Positions 11,540 to 23,463 of a DNA stretch of 64,000 bases are shown here, piece after piece; within the stretch, counting starts at the first letter, position 1; the number at the start of each line of letters is the position of its first letter. A model generated the notes under the pieces. That model saw only the letters and a program-made list of their open reading frames with translations, was not told the origin of the DNA and made no database searches. The translations under genes were made by a program, and so were the position numbers. The DNA comes from Azolla caroliniana. Its lineage: Eukaryota > Plantae > Polypodiophyta. The stretch lies in NCBI GenBank assembly GCA_043228905.1, contig JBHGNT010000007.1, forward strand, positions 7,626,001 through 7,690,000, written 5' to 3'.

Positions 11540-13370
11540 GGCATTGGTTACTGTAATGCCCTTCCTTTCGGTAGTAGTAACAATATACTTTGTGGTTGGT
11601 ACTTGATTCTCCTTTGCTTCTGGTTTGGGAGGTGGGGATTACCCGGTGGTTGTCTTCTGTTTTCCGGTTATCTGGTGCTGATGCTGGGTTGTTATCCCTT
11701 GCTGCCTCTCGACGCTCTTCTCAACGGAAAAACCCTCGCTTCTGATTCCGCTAGAAATTACGGTTCCCTTGACGTCTATTGTCTCTACGTCGGTCATATT
11801 CCGGGAAGTCATCTCGTTCATACCGGTCCCTGCGATAGTCATCGCGATCATATTCGTCACGTTGCTGATCAGTGTATCTATCACCACGCTCGCATTGGTC
11901 GCGGTCGTCTCTCCGGAATCGGTCTTCTTCCGGGTCCTGATTGTTTCGTGGTTCTATGTGTCGGACCGGTGCCGCCTATCGATTGAGCAAGTTGTACTCA
12001 CATCGGTCCGTCGTATGTGCCCGAGAGTGGCATATCATGCACTGTGTGCGCATAGTGCAGTCGACCGTTGAGTAGCCCGAATTGAGACACGTTGTGCATT
12101 GTAGAGATTGCTGGAACCTCAAATCTTCTTCCTTCGGTAGGGCTTGGTGTAGCATTCCTAGTGACATGAATGAACTGTTTTTGTCCATCTCTAGTACTCG
12201 GTCAATAACCTGGTCCACCGTGCTGGTACGGAAGTTGAGGACTCCGCACATTGTTCTAAGTGGTTCCCTTAATGCAGCCAAAAATACTGCTTTTGCTTCG
12301 TCCTCAGGAGGTGCTCTTGTCAACTGGCTGTGCAAGGTCTGGAACCTGATTATAAACTGTGGCACAGTTTCGTGCGCCTCCTGCCGGGTGGTATAAAATT
12401 GCCCGACTAATTCCCTCTGTTCTACTTGTCCATGGAACAGCCAAAGGAATTTTGCCTTCAGGGCGTCGAATGTGGCAAAACTGCCGGGCAAATGTTTTGC
12501 ATGCCAATGTGCGGCCGGTCCTTCCAGTGTCATGCCGAATTCGGCGACTTTGGACTGCTCTGCCTCGGGCTCCGTCAATCTCTGAGAGACATGGTTGGCT
12601 TCCCATGTCTGGAGAAATGCGTACACATGAGCCTCCGCGTCGGGATCATCCCGGTATTTTGGGTAAGGATACAACATGGTGTCCTCCTGTTGTTCTGGTG
12701 GCGTGCGATTCCTTGCGTCCTCCGCTTCTTCCGCGGGTGGTGTCGGTATACGCTCTTTTGCTTCTTCCGCGGGTGGTGTTGGTATTTGATCCTTCGCTTC
12801 CTCCGCGGGTGGTGTCGGTATACGATCCTTCGCTTCTTCCGTGGGTGGTGTTGGTATACGATCCTTCACTTCCTCCACGGGTGGTGTCGATACACGATCC
12901 TTCGCTTCCTCCGTGGGTGGTGTCGATATACGATTAGTCTCTCTTGGCGATTGCCGGTCCCCGAACTCCAAGGTTATTTCTTCCGTTGGTTCCAGTGTTG
13001 ATGAGCCGTCCGACCCGTCTTCCTCCGGATCGTACGGTGTGTCGTGATTGCTTTTATACGGTGACGCAACGCTCTCTTCGCTATCCGAATCCGACTCTAG
13101 GGTTGCGAATGCTCCTGCGTCTCCGTCGCCACCGGCAAGCGCTTGTAGTATTGATTCTGCTTCTTGCAGACTAGTCAGGCTACTGCCTTCGTCGGAGAAT
13201 TGCTGCCTCCGGAACTGCAATGCTTCTTCTGCGACTATCCGAAGTGTTCTGGAAAAGGACTGATCCTGCCGGATTTCCTTGGCAGCTTGCTGCAAGGCTT
13301 CCTGTCGTTGTTGTCGTTCGGCGAATCGTCTTCCTCGTTTGGTAATGTGGTTGTTGTTCGGTCTAGACAT
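11540..13370 (-). pseudogene. Gypsy gag with zinc knuckles
   Basis: Gag core LEGPAAHW...QEAHETVPQFIIRF. CCHC-like motifs CTTCLNSGYSTVDC, CMICHSRAHTTDRC and CYYYRKEGHYSNQC. In-frame stop at 11976. The start is approximate (MSRPNNNH). Confidence 0.85.
12715..12933. repeat. 36-bp coding tandem repeat (~6 x RIPTPPAEEAKD) in the gag N-terminal region
   Basis: Directly visible in both DNA and translation. Confidence 0.9.
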
Positions 13371-13405
13371 CCATCCCCCGGTTGTTCTCTGCACTCCGTA
13401 GGAAT

Positions 13406-13416
13406 TGTGGTCGCCA
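13406..13416 (-). other. Primer-binding site TGGCGACCACA (tRNA-Arg(UCG)-type)
   Basis: Lies 6 nt downstream of the 5' LTR on the coding strand. Complementary to ...TGTGGTCGCCA, the recalled 3' end of plant tRNA-Arg(UCG). Confidence 0.75.
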
Positions 13417-13422
13417 AAATAG

Positions 13423-13809
13423 TGTTGCCTTCTAGCCGGACTAGCCACAACATAGGTGTTCTTCCCGAACACTTCTCCAAAGGGGTGGTAAGGTTAGGAT
13501 GTTAGATCACACGCGTAAGATAAAGATTAATAACATAGACGGTAAGGAAATACAGATACAAAGATAAGTGCTCAATGATAACTTGTATGAAAACATTACA
13601 TCCCATCGTATCCTTTTATAGGCATCCGGCAAAGTTACAAAACGGTGCCCTTTAGGAAACCGGCTCCGAATCGGTCCGAATCCGGATCGGTACAACTATC
13701 CCGGATCCGTCCCTCCGAATCATAATTATAATAACTATACTATATATATATATCCATATATATCCGGTTCAGCTTTCCCACTTGTCCTTCCGCCTTTGAC
13801 CGGCCAACA
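13423..13809 (-). repeat. 5' LTR of the Gypsy element (387 bp)
   Basis: Matches 2781-3176, is flanked by the TSD and is adjacent to the PBS. Confidence 0.95.
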
Positions 13810-14076
13810 ATCGTAATTTTAGAAACCTATGGTTTGCACTCAACAAAGGAGAAACACCTATGTTTTTCGGCCAACATATATGATCTAACCTCCCAGGTTT
13901 GAGTTTGGTTCACTAGTTAGGGCCAATGAGAGATAAATAGATAGATTATATTATTGTCTTTGGAGGTCAAATATAACCTATGAGACAAAAAATATTACAT
14001 TTCACGTGATATGTGTGAAAGTGAGTAGGGACTCTCTATGTTCAAGAACTTTACCAATGAATGTTACAATCGAGAG

Positions 14077-15272
14077 TGTAGATTGTGCTTGTGAGAGAAA
14101 TTTGTGCAAGTATTGGGCTTGGTCGAAGATGTGTGCAAAGCATGGTCGAATATGATCAAAGGCAGAGCATTGTATCAAAGTGTGATACTCAAACTCTCAA
14201 ACTTGTTTAGGGCAAAGTGTGCACAGTCCACCACTCTCATCACTTGTGTCCCAACGCCCCGTCTCAGATCGCAATGCATGAGAGCTAAGTCACATGTAAG
14301 CAATGGTTTGAATGGAAGACTACAAAATGGGCTCTAACATGTATCAATGTGTATAGTGTCGTGAAGATTTTCGATGATAGTAAGAAAACCGGGTGGAATG
14401 GGCGAAGTCGGCGATGTGCACCGTGTGCACATATAAAATACATTTCGAAATGTATATAAAATAAAAAGGGGAAAAGGAAGGGTGGAGGATGTTGGTAGAA
14501 TTAATGAGAGGAATAAGTGTGATGTGTACAACGGTTCACATGCACACGCATAGGGTAGTGGGGGAGTGTGAAAGTGAGGGAAATTAAATGTACTTCTCCC
14601 ATCAACACTCCAGATATCGAGGCAAGTATTTCCTCGAAAGGGGGTATATTTGACTGACTTGTGACGTACCTCCATCCTTGTGCTATAAAAGGAGGGAGGG
14701 TTCTCTTGTGAAGGGGTTCCCCGTGTTGGTTTGGTTTTCCCTAGTTTTGGTTGTTTTTCTCTGTTTTGTTCAGTCACCGATTCGAGTCTGTAACGGATTT
14801 GTCTATTAGGGTTTGGGGTTCCGTTTTGGTGTAGGGCTTAGTTTTGCTTGAGCTCTTATGCTTTGAGGATTCTGGTTTTCTGTTGTGTCTTGGGCGCAAG
14901 GCCTCCACTTGCGGGGCGAGCCCATGAACTCCCCGACTGGAGGCTTGCTTGCAAATACTCGTTGTATCTAGTCCGCTTGGTCCGGCTCGAGGCCGGAGAT
15001 GTAATTTGTTGCTCATGTATATATCTTAGTTGTGCATAATTGTCTTGTTGAGCGAGCAAGCTCAACTGGATCCGGATCTGTGTTCGGAACCAGGAGCCGG
15101 ATCGGATTGAAACCGATAGGCCGTTAGAGGTCTACGGATCCAGCCTAGTACGTAGGCATATTTTTGGGAGTCAGTGATAGTCGCTCGTATGAGCATTGAA
15201 GTACTTGTTAGTACTTCTGTCAGTCCTTTATGGACTTGTATAAAAGTGCTCTCTGAGCACATTCTATCTACA
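14077..15272 (+). mobile_element. Probable solo LTR (1196 bp), apparently inside the 5' LTR of the neighbouring Copia
   Basis: Perfect 7-bp terminal inverted repeat TGTAGAT...ATCTACA, imperfect TSD GAGAG/CAGAG, TATA-like CTATAAAAGG at ~14683, and no coding domains. Confidence 0.7.
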
Positions 15273-15306
15273 CAGAGGATTATTATTTTAGAATAGAGTT
15301 TTATGT

Positions 15307-15346
<40 letters not shown>

Positions 15347-16918
15347 ATCCCTTGTATGCTAAATATTCTCAAGCTTCCATTGAACTTGTATTTTCTATTC
15401 TCTATTGCTGCCTAGCTAAACCGGTTTTGTCAAGCTTTCCCACGCTAACTTTTACATGGTATAAGAGCGTGAGGGTTGAGACTCCTCTGCAGCCGACACA
15501 TGCTTTCGAAGACAAACCCTAACACTCGGTGAAGAATAGTAGAGAACCGAAATGGACAGAGGTATGGCAAGTTCGCTTCCCATAGAAAAGCTCAACCAGT
15601 GCAACTATGCATCCTGGTCATATAAAATGCATCAGTACCTGATGGGGCATGGATATTGGAGCTATGTGGAAGGAACTAACGAGGTAGCACCGGAGCCGGC
15701 ACACAAAGACTTCCCGGCATGGGAGCAAGTAGCGATTCAAGTATTGTACTGCCTCACGTTTGGCGTGCATGATCAGATGCTCGGCTACATCAAGGATGCA
15801 AAAATGCCAAAGGAGGCCTAGGAAAATCTACGGAAGATTTTCGCCGCAAGTACCACAACCCGTAAGTTGTAGCTCCATCAAGAGGTGAACAACATCCGGG
15901 AGAGAAATATGTTGGTTGCGGACTACACCACCAAGATTAAGGAGATCTGTGATGCACTCAGATCCATCAATGTAACGGTGGAAGAAGACGAGATGGTCAA
16001 GATCTGTCTTTGTGGTCTAGCACAACGGTACGGGCCAATCCGGACGGCAATTTGCACCCAGGAGAAGCCACCGTCCTTCTTCAACTTACAATCCATGTTG
16101 ATGGTCGAAGAAAACCACGCAAGTGGATCGAGGACCACTCAATCGGACAACCGGATGATGTACACGGAGGTGGATCGACCCTGTGGGCATGGAGGACAAG
16201 GTGGGTTGGCACGCAATGGAGGCGGCCGGCAAGAGTAGAACCGAAGGCACAGAGATGGTGCGAACAACAGTTCCGGACCCTCCACAAGTAGGGGGAGTCA
16301 AGTCGGAGCCAGAAACCGCCAGTCGAAAACTGACACGGAATGCTGGTACTATGGCAAGAAAGGCCACAGAGAGAGCGAGTGTTGGAAGAAGCATGCCGAT
16401 TCGGATAAATCCGGATCTGGCAAGGCCGGACAAGGGAACCGACAAAGCTTGCACAACACAGAAGGATCGGAAGGATCCGAAACCGGGAAGACCTGAAAAG
16501 GGCCAACCTTCGTGATGAAGCACAAGGCAAACTCGATGAAGAAGACCACTTCCGGATCGGAGAAAGTATGGTATGTTGATTCCGGAGCGTCAAACCACAT
16601 GACGAGCCACGAAGAGCGGTTCTTGTTTTTGGAGAAACCGGAACAACCGGGAATCGTCGAAACCGGAGACAATACCCTTCACCCGATTGTGCATCTCGGA
16701 GAAGTCCCTTTAAGCCATGTTGGACAAATGGGAAAGCTGATGAACGTACTACATGTTCCGACAATCACAAAGAACCTGGTGTCGGTCAGACAAATCATCA
16801 ACCAGGGAATGCAAGTGCGGTTTACGCACCTTGGGTGCTTCATCGAGGAAGAAGGCCGGATAATTGCGCAAGGGCACAGGGAAGGGAGGATGTTCATCCT
16901 CAACACAAATGACGTCAA
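15273..16918 (+). mobile_element. Truncated Ty1/Copia: LTR end, PBS, degenerate gag and protease
   Basis: LTR end ...TTTACA at 15456 and tRNA-iMet-type PBS TGGTATAAGAGC (15457-15468). Gag LPIEKLNQCNYASWSYKMHQYL, knuckle CWYYGKKGHRESEC and protease WYVDSGASNHMT. Breaks off before integrase. Several stops. Confidence 0.88.
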
Positions 16919-17699
16919 CGTTATTCCCTTCCTTTTCGTCTATGATATCTTCTTGGGGTCTTCTATGGATCTAGACCCGCTTCATGGCTATTGAGATCCA
17001 TACCTTCATTTTCTCTCCATTCAAACTCCATGGTGTCTTAAGACTTCAGGTACAAGGTATGGAATGCAAAGGGTTGAGGGAACAATAAAGATTCCAAGAA
17101 TTTCTACTTGCAAAAACACAAAGGTTCAAACTTGACAAAAATTACAAAGAATCAAATTTGGCAAAATACAGAAAGGATCAAACATTACAAAAGACGCAAA
17201 GGATTAGATATTGCAAAAAACGTAGACAAACATAGCTATGGTTCAACGCGAAGGATCAAATATTGCAAAAAAAGCAGACAAACATGGACAAAAAATCTAG
17301 AACCTGTATTTCATACCTTCTCCAGCAAGAGAGAGAGAGATCAAACTACGATTCTTCACATGTGTTACATATATCTTAGAGAGGATAAAATCTGATGACT
17401 TTCAACAATTGAAGTGTATAATAATAATATAGGCTTGAAGTTGCTTATATTTTGCCACTATAATATGCAACAAGTTTCTGATTCGTAAAATTGTGAAAAA
17501 TCCATTTGTATATATCAAAAAGAATATGAATTATAACAAAATTATACAACACAAGCTACCCAAGCTTAATCTGGCAGAGGTTCTGCCAGTAGCAAAACAA
17601 TAAATGAAAAAATAAAAATAAAAAATCGAAAGCAAAAAACCGAAACAAAAAAGAAAAAAAGTTCCAGTTCCTTCTCCATACAAACATGGCATAAAAAAC

Positions 17700-17945
17700 A
17701 TCATCATATGAACATATACATGATGTGATGATGCTCACCTATATGGTATCGTTATCATCATCTTCTTCATCATATGAACATATAAATGTGCATGATGTGA
17801 TGCTCTCCTATATGTGGTTTCATCATCATAATATGAACATATACATGATGTGACTGACACTCACCTATATGGTTACATCATCATCATATATGATGTGATG
17901 CAATCCTATATTGTATCATCATCATCATATGAACATACATATGTG
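17700..17945. repeat. Degenerate tandem repeats (CATCATCATATGAACATATA...CTCACCTATATGG) in the methyltransferase 3' UTR
   Basis: About 4-5 imperfect ~55-65 bp units begin just after the stop codon. Confidence 0.7.
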
Positions 17946-17959
17946 TATGTATAGCCCTC

Positions 17960-20900
17960 CTATCTTGCATCATCATCGGGTTGCCAGAGTTGTTTTCTTG
18001 CAAAAAGGATTTTCTCATCATCACTCGAAATGTCATCCCGCTCTGCTTTCACAACTTTTGACCACGCATCCCAGTGAAGCGCAGTTAGATGCATGCTAAT
18101 CTGATCTATCACTTGACCTTTGTCTCTAATTATCACAAAGCCTCGAGGTCTCAAAAGCCTATCCATCTCAAGAAGAAGATCTTCCATGCCACTACAGCTC
18201 GGGTTATCGATGTCTGTAAAAAGATTCCAAGCATGTAGAAGATCGTATGTCCTTGGGTATGTTGAGAAAGCTTGACACCTGTAGATACAAAGTTTTTGAG
18301 TCCGTTTATACTATTTAGAGTTTAGGGTTTAAAGGTTTAGAATTTGGGATCCAAAATTTAGGCATTAGATACTGCGAAGGAAATTTTTATGAGTTCATTT
18401 ATTATTATCATTTATAATTTGGTGTTTATATATCGAGGGTGTGTGTGTGTAATAATGGTCAAATGTAAAAGCATTTGGGGGGATAACGATTTTTACACTC
18501 ACCAGTCATGTAGAGATCCAATCAAGCCACGGTCATATATCACCTTCAATGTGTTGCTGCCAAAGCTCGGAACAACATTCATCACCCAAACTGGCTTGTC
18601 TTTCAAGGCAGCGGCAAAGCCCCCGAAATGAGCCTTCATATCCATTACATTCCGAAATGTGTTTTCTTCAATTTCTGAGCTCAACTGTTCCCAGTAGAAA
18701 TCCACTCTTGCACGCCAAACCATCTAACATGTTAACATATAACATCGTTTTAGCTTTCCAAATAACAAGTTAGAAGTTGATAATAGTTAGTTGATAATCC
18801 TACTTTGTCTTTCTGGAAATGGCCATTGCTGACACCCAATTCTTTCAGGCGTGGTGAAATCGAAGTCAGACGGCTTGGCCAAGGTTGTAAAGGATGAGCA
18901 TCACCTAGATGAAGACCAAGAAAAAAATCATGCATAAACCAACTCTTAGGACATAAAATGAAAATGATTTACTTGTAATAGAGCCTGTTTCTTCATCTTT
19001 ACTTACCCTCTGGTAATGGTGAAATGCATGCCTGCATTGGTACATCCCAGGAAGCATCAGGATCATCATTTTTATCACACAATGGAGGATCAGTACCTTC
19101 CACCCTATCTTCATAACACTGATTTGTCAAAGGCTTCATCCAAATAACAGTTTGGCCTTCTTTAGCTGCCACAGACCAACACATTCTTTTCACAAGATCT
19201 GACATATCATTCCATATTTTCACATCTTCTGGGTCATCTCTATAAGCAGGAGGCGAGGACCAAGCAAAAAATCCACCTGGCCTAAGCATTCTATCTACCT
19301 CCAAAAGAAGTATGCCATCACGTTGTAGCCAATCAATCCGACAACGAGAACAATGTGCAAGATCAAAAGACTTGCTTGGAAAAGGCAGCCTTTTAGTCCC
19401 TAGTACACCGAGAGTAGAAGGAATTCCCCTCTCTAAGGCAAACTGTATTTGATTCTCATGTACATCATTGGGAGCAATTGACATCGCCATAATCTCCAAA
19501 GGTAACAAATAAGCACCAAAGCTTGCAACCCCACATCCCACATCAAGGACAGTTCTAAGTTTTCCACGGTTGCTCAAGTTGTCATCTGGGTACTTTAGCA
19601 TCTATACATTGGTTAGAAAGAATGGATTAGGTGCAAAGTATGGTGGGTTAAGAAAAAATCTTGCTAGAACTTGAATCTAGATAAATATTAGTTGGTCTAG
19701 AGTATGATACTAACCTTAGCAAGTGATGCAATATACTTTTCAGCACCATCATGGAAGTGGGTTCCTCCACCTGGAAAGTTCACTTTATCACCATTGATGA
19801 CCATCCAATGTTGATCTGATTTCTCCATGGCAAGGAACGTATGAGGAACATTAGATTGCCACACTTCATCTCTGCTTGCAGGCCATGGTATTGACACCTG
19901 CCGTCGAAAAAGAAGAAAACTGTTACCAAAAGTAAAGCTGTTGCCTTTTCATACAGTTTTGGGATCATATAGTGCAACTGTGAAGGCTTTAGTTTGATTG
20001 AGAAATGGAGACTAATTAATCATATTAAGTCAATGCCCACGCAATGCACACAACCTTGACAAGCCAATATTATGGTAAGACCACGTACATTTAAATGCCT
20101 TTAAGATTCTAAATCACGGTTGCCCATACGCAACGATGCAAAGCCTTGAATAGGCCTCGTCTTTTTCATACGTATGAAATTATACATGTCCTCACATAAT
20201 AGACTACCAAGATCAGACATAAGACCATTTGCATCTGGATGGCTTTAAGACACTTAATCACATTTATTTAAGAGAAATAATGAAAAGCCTCAATTATCTC
20301 CCACCTTTTTTGTGCAATTGAATTTATAGATGTCCTCAACTAATAGACTACCAAGAATAGAGAAATGCAAATAAATGCATTGCATAACCTTCCTATCACA
20401 ATACATAATAATCCAACTAGTATACCTGAGAATATATTTTTCAAGCAGCGTAAAATTTGCATTTCATATTGACAGATAGCATAACCTTATCAAGTTTTCA
20501 GAAAGTAGTAATATTAGCATTCATGTCATACACTTGATAAAAATACATGAAAAACACTGAAATAGCCAGAGTTTTTCTATTTCTAGAAATGCCCCTGACT
20601 TTTCGTTATTTCTCCAAATATTCTTGGTCAATCCCAACATAAAATTGCTCAATATCACATATAGTCTAAAAAAATGAGATAAACTGACTATACAATCGCC
20701 CAAATAGCATGTGCATGTGAGAAAAACGAAAATTGACTATAACTACTGAAATAGGACATATACTTCAGAAAAACACAATTGGCATTAGGAGAAATAACAA
20801 AATATTTGGGGCATGCAGGGAAATAAAGAAAATTTTGGGTGTATTTGAGAGTTTTCACATAAAAGTAATCAGCCAAGATCTGTCCTGCATATGTTAAGCA

Positions 20901-22390
20901 TACCTTATAGTTGGGTGGTGGAGGTATAAGGCAATTCAGTCTGCGATGTGGAGGCGGACAATGCCGCTCATAATGTTCCATCAGTGAGAGATTCAACTTC
21001 AACTTCAGTTGGCTGTGAAGCTGCCTATCGAGACATGGAATCAGCTCAGAGTGGCGAGAATCACAAACCTGAAATATGAAACCCCATTATAATGTGGTTA
21101 CTCAAAGTACACATGTTAGACTCCAATGACATGACTAGATGTTTGTAACAGACACGACTAGATGTTTGTAACAGATCACTTACTAAGCATGATTAATTAG
21201 ATTAATAAGAGAAAGTCTTGCTATCATACTCTCCACCCAACTAATACCCATACTTGATTTTGAGGCCACAGCTACCAAGACTACATGCCCTTTGGGTCTA
21301 GTCCTAGTCTTAGTCAGATCCATGATGCATTGCTTTGGATGTATATCTGGCATTAGCTTCACCCCTAATGCATATGTTTGCAACATGAAATCTATCTATA
21401 GGCTTAATGCATACTTTTGGATTATTCTCTAGCCTTAATCTGACTTCTAATCCATGATTAATACACAGTTTTTGGTAATCATGCATACCTTTGGATCTAT
21501 CTCTGCCCCCAAATCCATGATTAATAAATGAACTCCGGATCTATATGTAGACTTAATTTGACCCCTAATGCATGATCAATACATAACTTTGGATCTATCT
21601 CTAGACCCTTAATTCAAAATCTAACGTATGATAATGCATATAACTCTGGATCTACCACTACCCTTAATTTGACGCCAATGTATGCTAATAAGTAGATTCT
21701 TATCTATCTCCAGAGCCTTAATTTGATTCTTACTACATAATTACTGCATAGATTGGGACCTATCTCTAGCCTTGATTTCACCCCAAACATCTCATTAGTA
21801 CACAAACACTGGATCTAGTTCTAACAGTAATTTTATCCATGATGCACACCTTTGTCTCTATCTCTAAAGCCGTAATTCAACCCCTAATGGATGATAATGC
21901 ACAACATTGGATCTACATAAAGCCTTAATCTGACCCATAATCCATGATTACCACATGACTTCGGATCTATCTCTAGACTTGATTCGACCTATAATGGGCA
22001 GTTCCGCATATGCTTATACTGATCTTGGAAAACATTGAGCTCATTTACACGGAAAGACTTGAGTTTAACATTAAAATCACTTACAGGAAAAGACTTTAGT
22101 GAAACATCGAAATCATTCTCCTCTGCACCACTCTTTCTGTTCTCATTCTTCAGCCTAATATTAGTTTCTTCTTCCACTGAGCCACCATCATTTCCTTCTT
22201 CATCTACATCAATGTCTTTTACCGACCTTCTCACACTTCTCTGCTTGACTCTTTCAGAATTCGTTGATTCACTAGTAGAGTTGAAGAACGATCCATAGAA
22301 CACAAATACTAAAGACAACGCCACAATGGCTAAGCACACATAAACAATCAAGTTTTTACTCTTCTGAATTCCATCATGGCGTCCTCTCAT
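17960..22390 (-). CDS. Probable Golgi SAM-dependent methyltransferase (PMT/DUF248 family, PMT1/QUA3-like clade), 7 exons, ~629 aa
   Basis: Exons 22085-22390, 20904-21068, 19715-19897, 19007-19601, 18804-18904, 18503-18723 and 17960-18278. All introns are GT-AG with consistent phases (1890 nt total). N-terminal TM anchor; motifs ELIPCLDR, HYERHCP, FPGGGTHF, LDVGCGVASF, HCSRCRIDW, RNVMDM, DWCQAFSTYPRTYDLLH and EMDRLLRP. Confidence 0.93.
21230..21990. repeat. Degenerate ~55-65-bp minisatellite in intron 1 of the methyltransferase
   Basis: Recurrent GGATCTATCTCTAGCCTTAATTTGACCCCTAATGCATGATTA-like units, roughly a dozen copies. Confidence 0.75.
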
Positions 22391-22899
22391 CTTGTTCAGA
22401 TCTATAATTCACGGAAAACAAGAATCTGTTATAATGTGATCAAACGCAAGATTTAGATCTCACTGAAGATATGATGGAAATCCAGATCTAGATCTCTCAA
22501 AATACATATAGGATGCAAGATGTAGATCTCATTGAAGATATGATAGAATGCAATATTTAGACGTGATTGACGAGCAAAAGCAAGGTTATTACTTTAATCC
22601 AAAAGAATTACTGATATATTTGCTCAACCAGCATGATCCATTTTATTATGATATGCTGCTACCTAAATGGCCATAACCCAATGCTGATTTAGACGAGCTT
22701 AATATCAGATACATTTCTATTGTGGACATTAAACCAATATTTTCTATTATGATACGCACCAATACTCTGCTCAACTGGACATAGCTCAAAGCTTCAAATG
22801 TAGATCAAAGAGATCTAGATACTAAATATAAGAACAGATCATAATACTTCTTCTTTTTCCTTTTATACAATGAAGAAACACAGACATACCTTAGAAAGC

Positions 22900-23400
22900 G
22901 TAATTGGAACCCAAATCAAGATGTTTGAGTAGTATAACTCGATTGAAAACCCAAACTGTGATAGATGGTGCAGATTGTGTGATTCCAAACCCCAATTAAG
23001 GAAGGTGGCTTAAGCCAATTCCAAGCCCTAATTCAAATGGGGCGATTCAGATTCAGCCAATTCGATACCCTAATCTAGATGGGTAGAGAGGTCAAAATCC
23101 AAATCGAGATGAGTGGACCAGATTCAACCAATTCAAAACATAAGTCCGAATGAGCAGTCCAGTTTAAACTAATCAGAAACCTCAACAGATCCAATGAAGC
23201 AAATCGGAAACCCTAACGGAAATGGATGGTGCAGATTTTAGCTGGTTAGAAACTCTATCAGTCAGGAAGATACGGGGATTAAGCCAACCAGCAACCTTAA
23301 TCCAAATGGGAAACTCGGATTTTAAGCTAACCAGAAACTCTAATCCAAGTTTTCACGGTTCAGATTAACCTAATCAGAAACTGTCATCGAGTTCAGAACC
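22900..23400. repeat. Degenerate ~40-45-bp repeats upstream of the methyltransferase CDS (probable 5' UTR intron)
   Basis: Recurring AACCAATCAGAAACCCTAATCCAAATGG...CAGATT-like units, followed by GT/GA microsatellites at 23426-23505. Confidence 0.6.
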
Positions 23401-23425
23401 TTGAACAGTAAATCACGGTCATAGC

Positions 23426-23463
<38 letters not shown>

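Larger units (their letters stand above)
2781..13809 (-). mobile_element. Full-length Ty3/Gypsy non-chromoviral LTR retrotransposon with a long 3' extra ORF
   Basis: Direct-repeat LTRs at 2781-3176 and 13423-13809 (TG...CA) with a perfect 5-bp TSD ATCGT (2776-2780 and 13810-13814). Domain order on the minus strand is gag-PR-RT-RH-INT. No chromodomain and no additional RNase H seen. Confidence 0.95.

Noticed and set aside
16990-17070. MITE suggested by the inverted repeat TCCATACCTT...AAGGTATGGA
   Set aside because: The arms are only 10 bp, there is no clear TSD, and there is no second copy in the window.
18314-18352. Second interstitial telomere in the last methyltransferase intron
   Set aside because: Only one perfect TTTAGGG among degenerate units; such telo-box-like tracts are common in plant introns.
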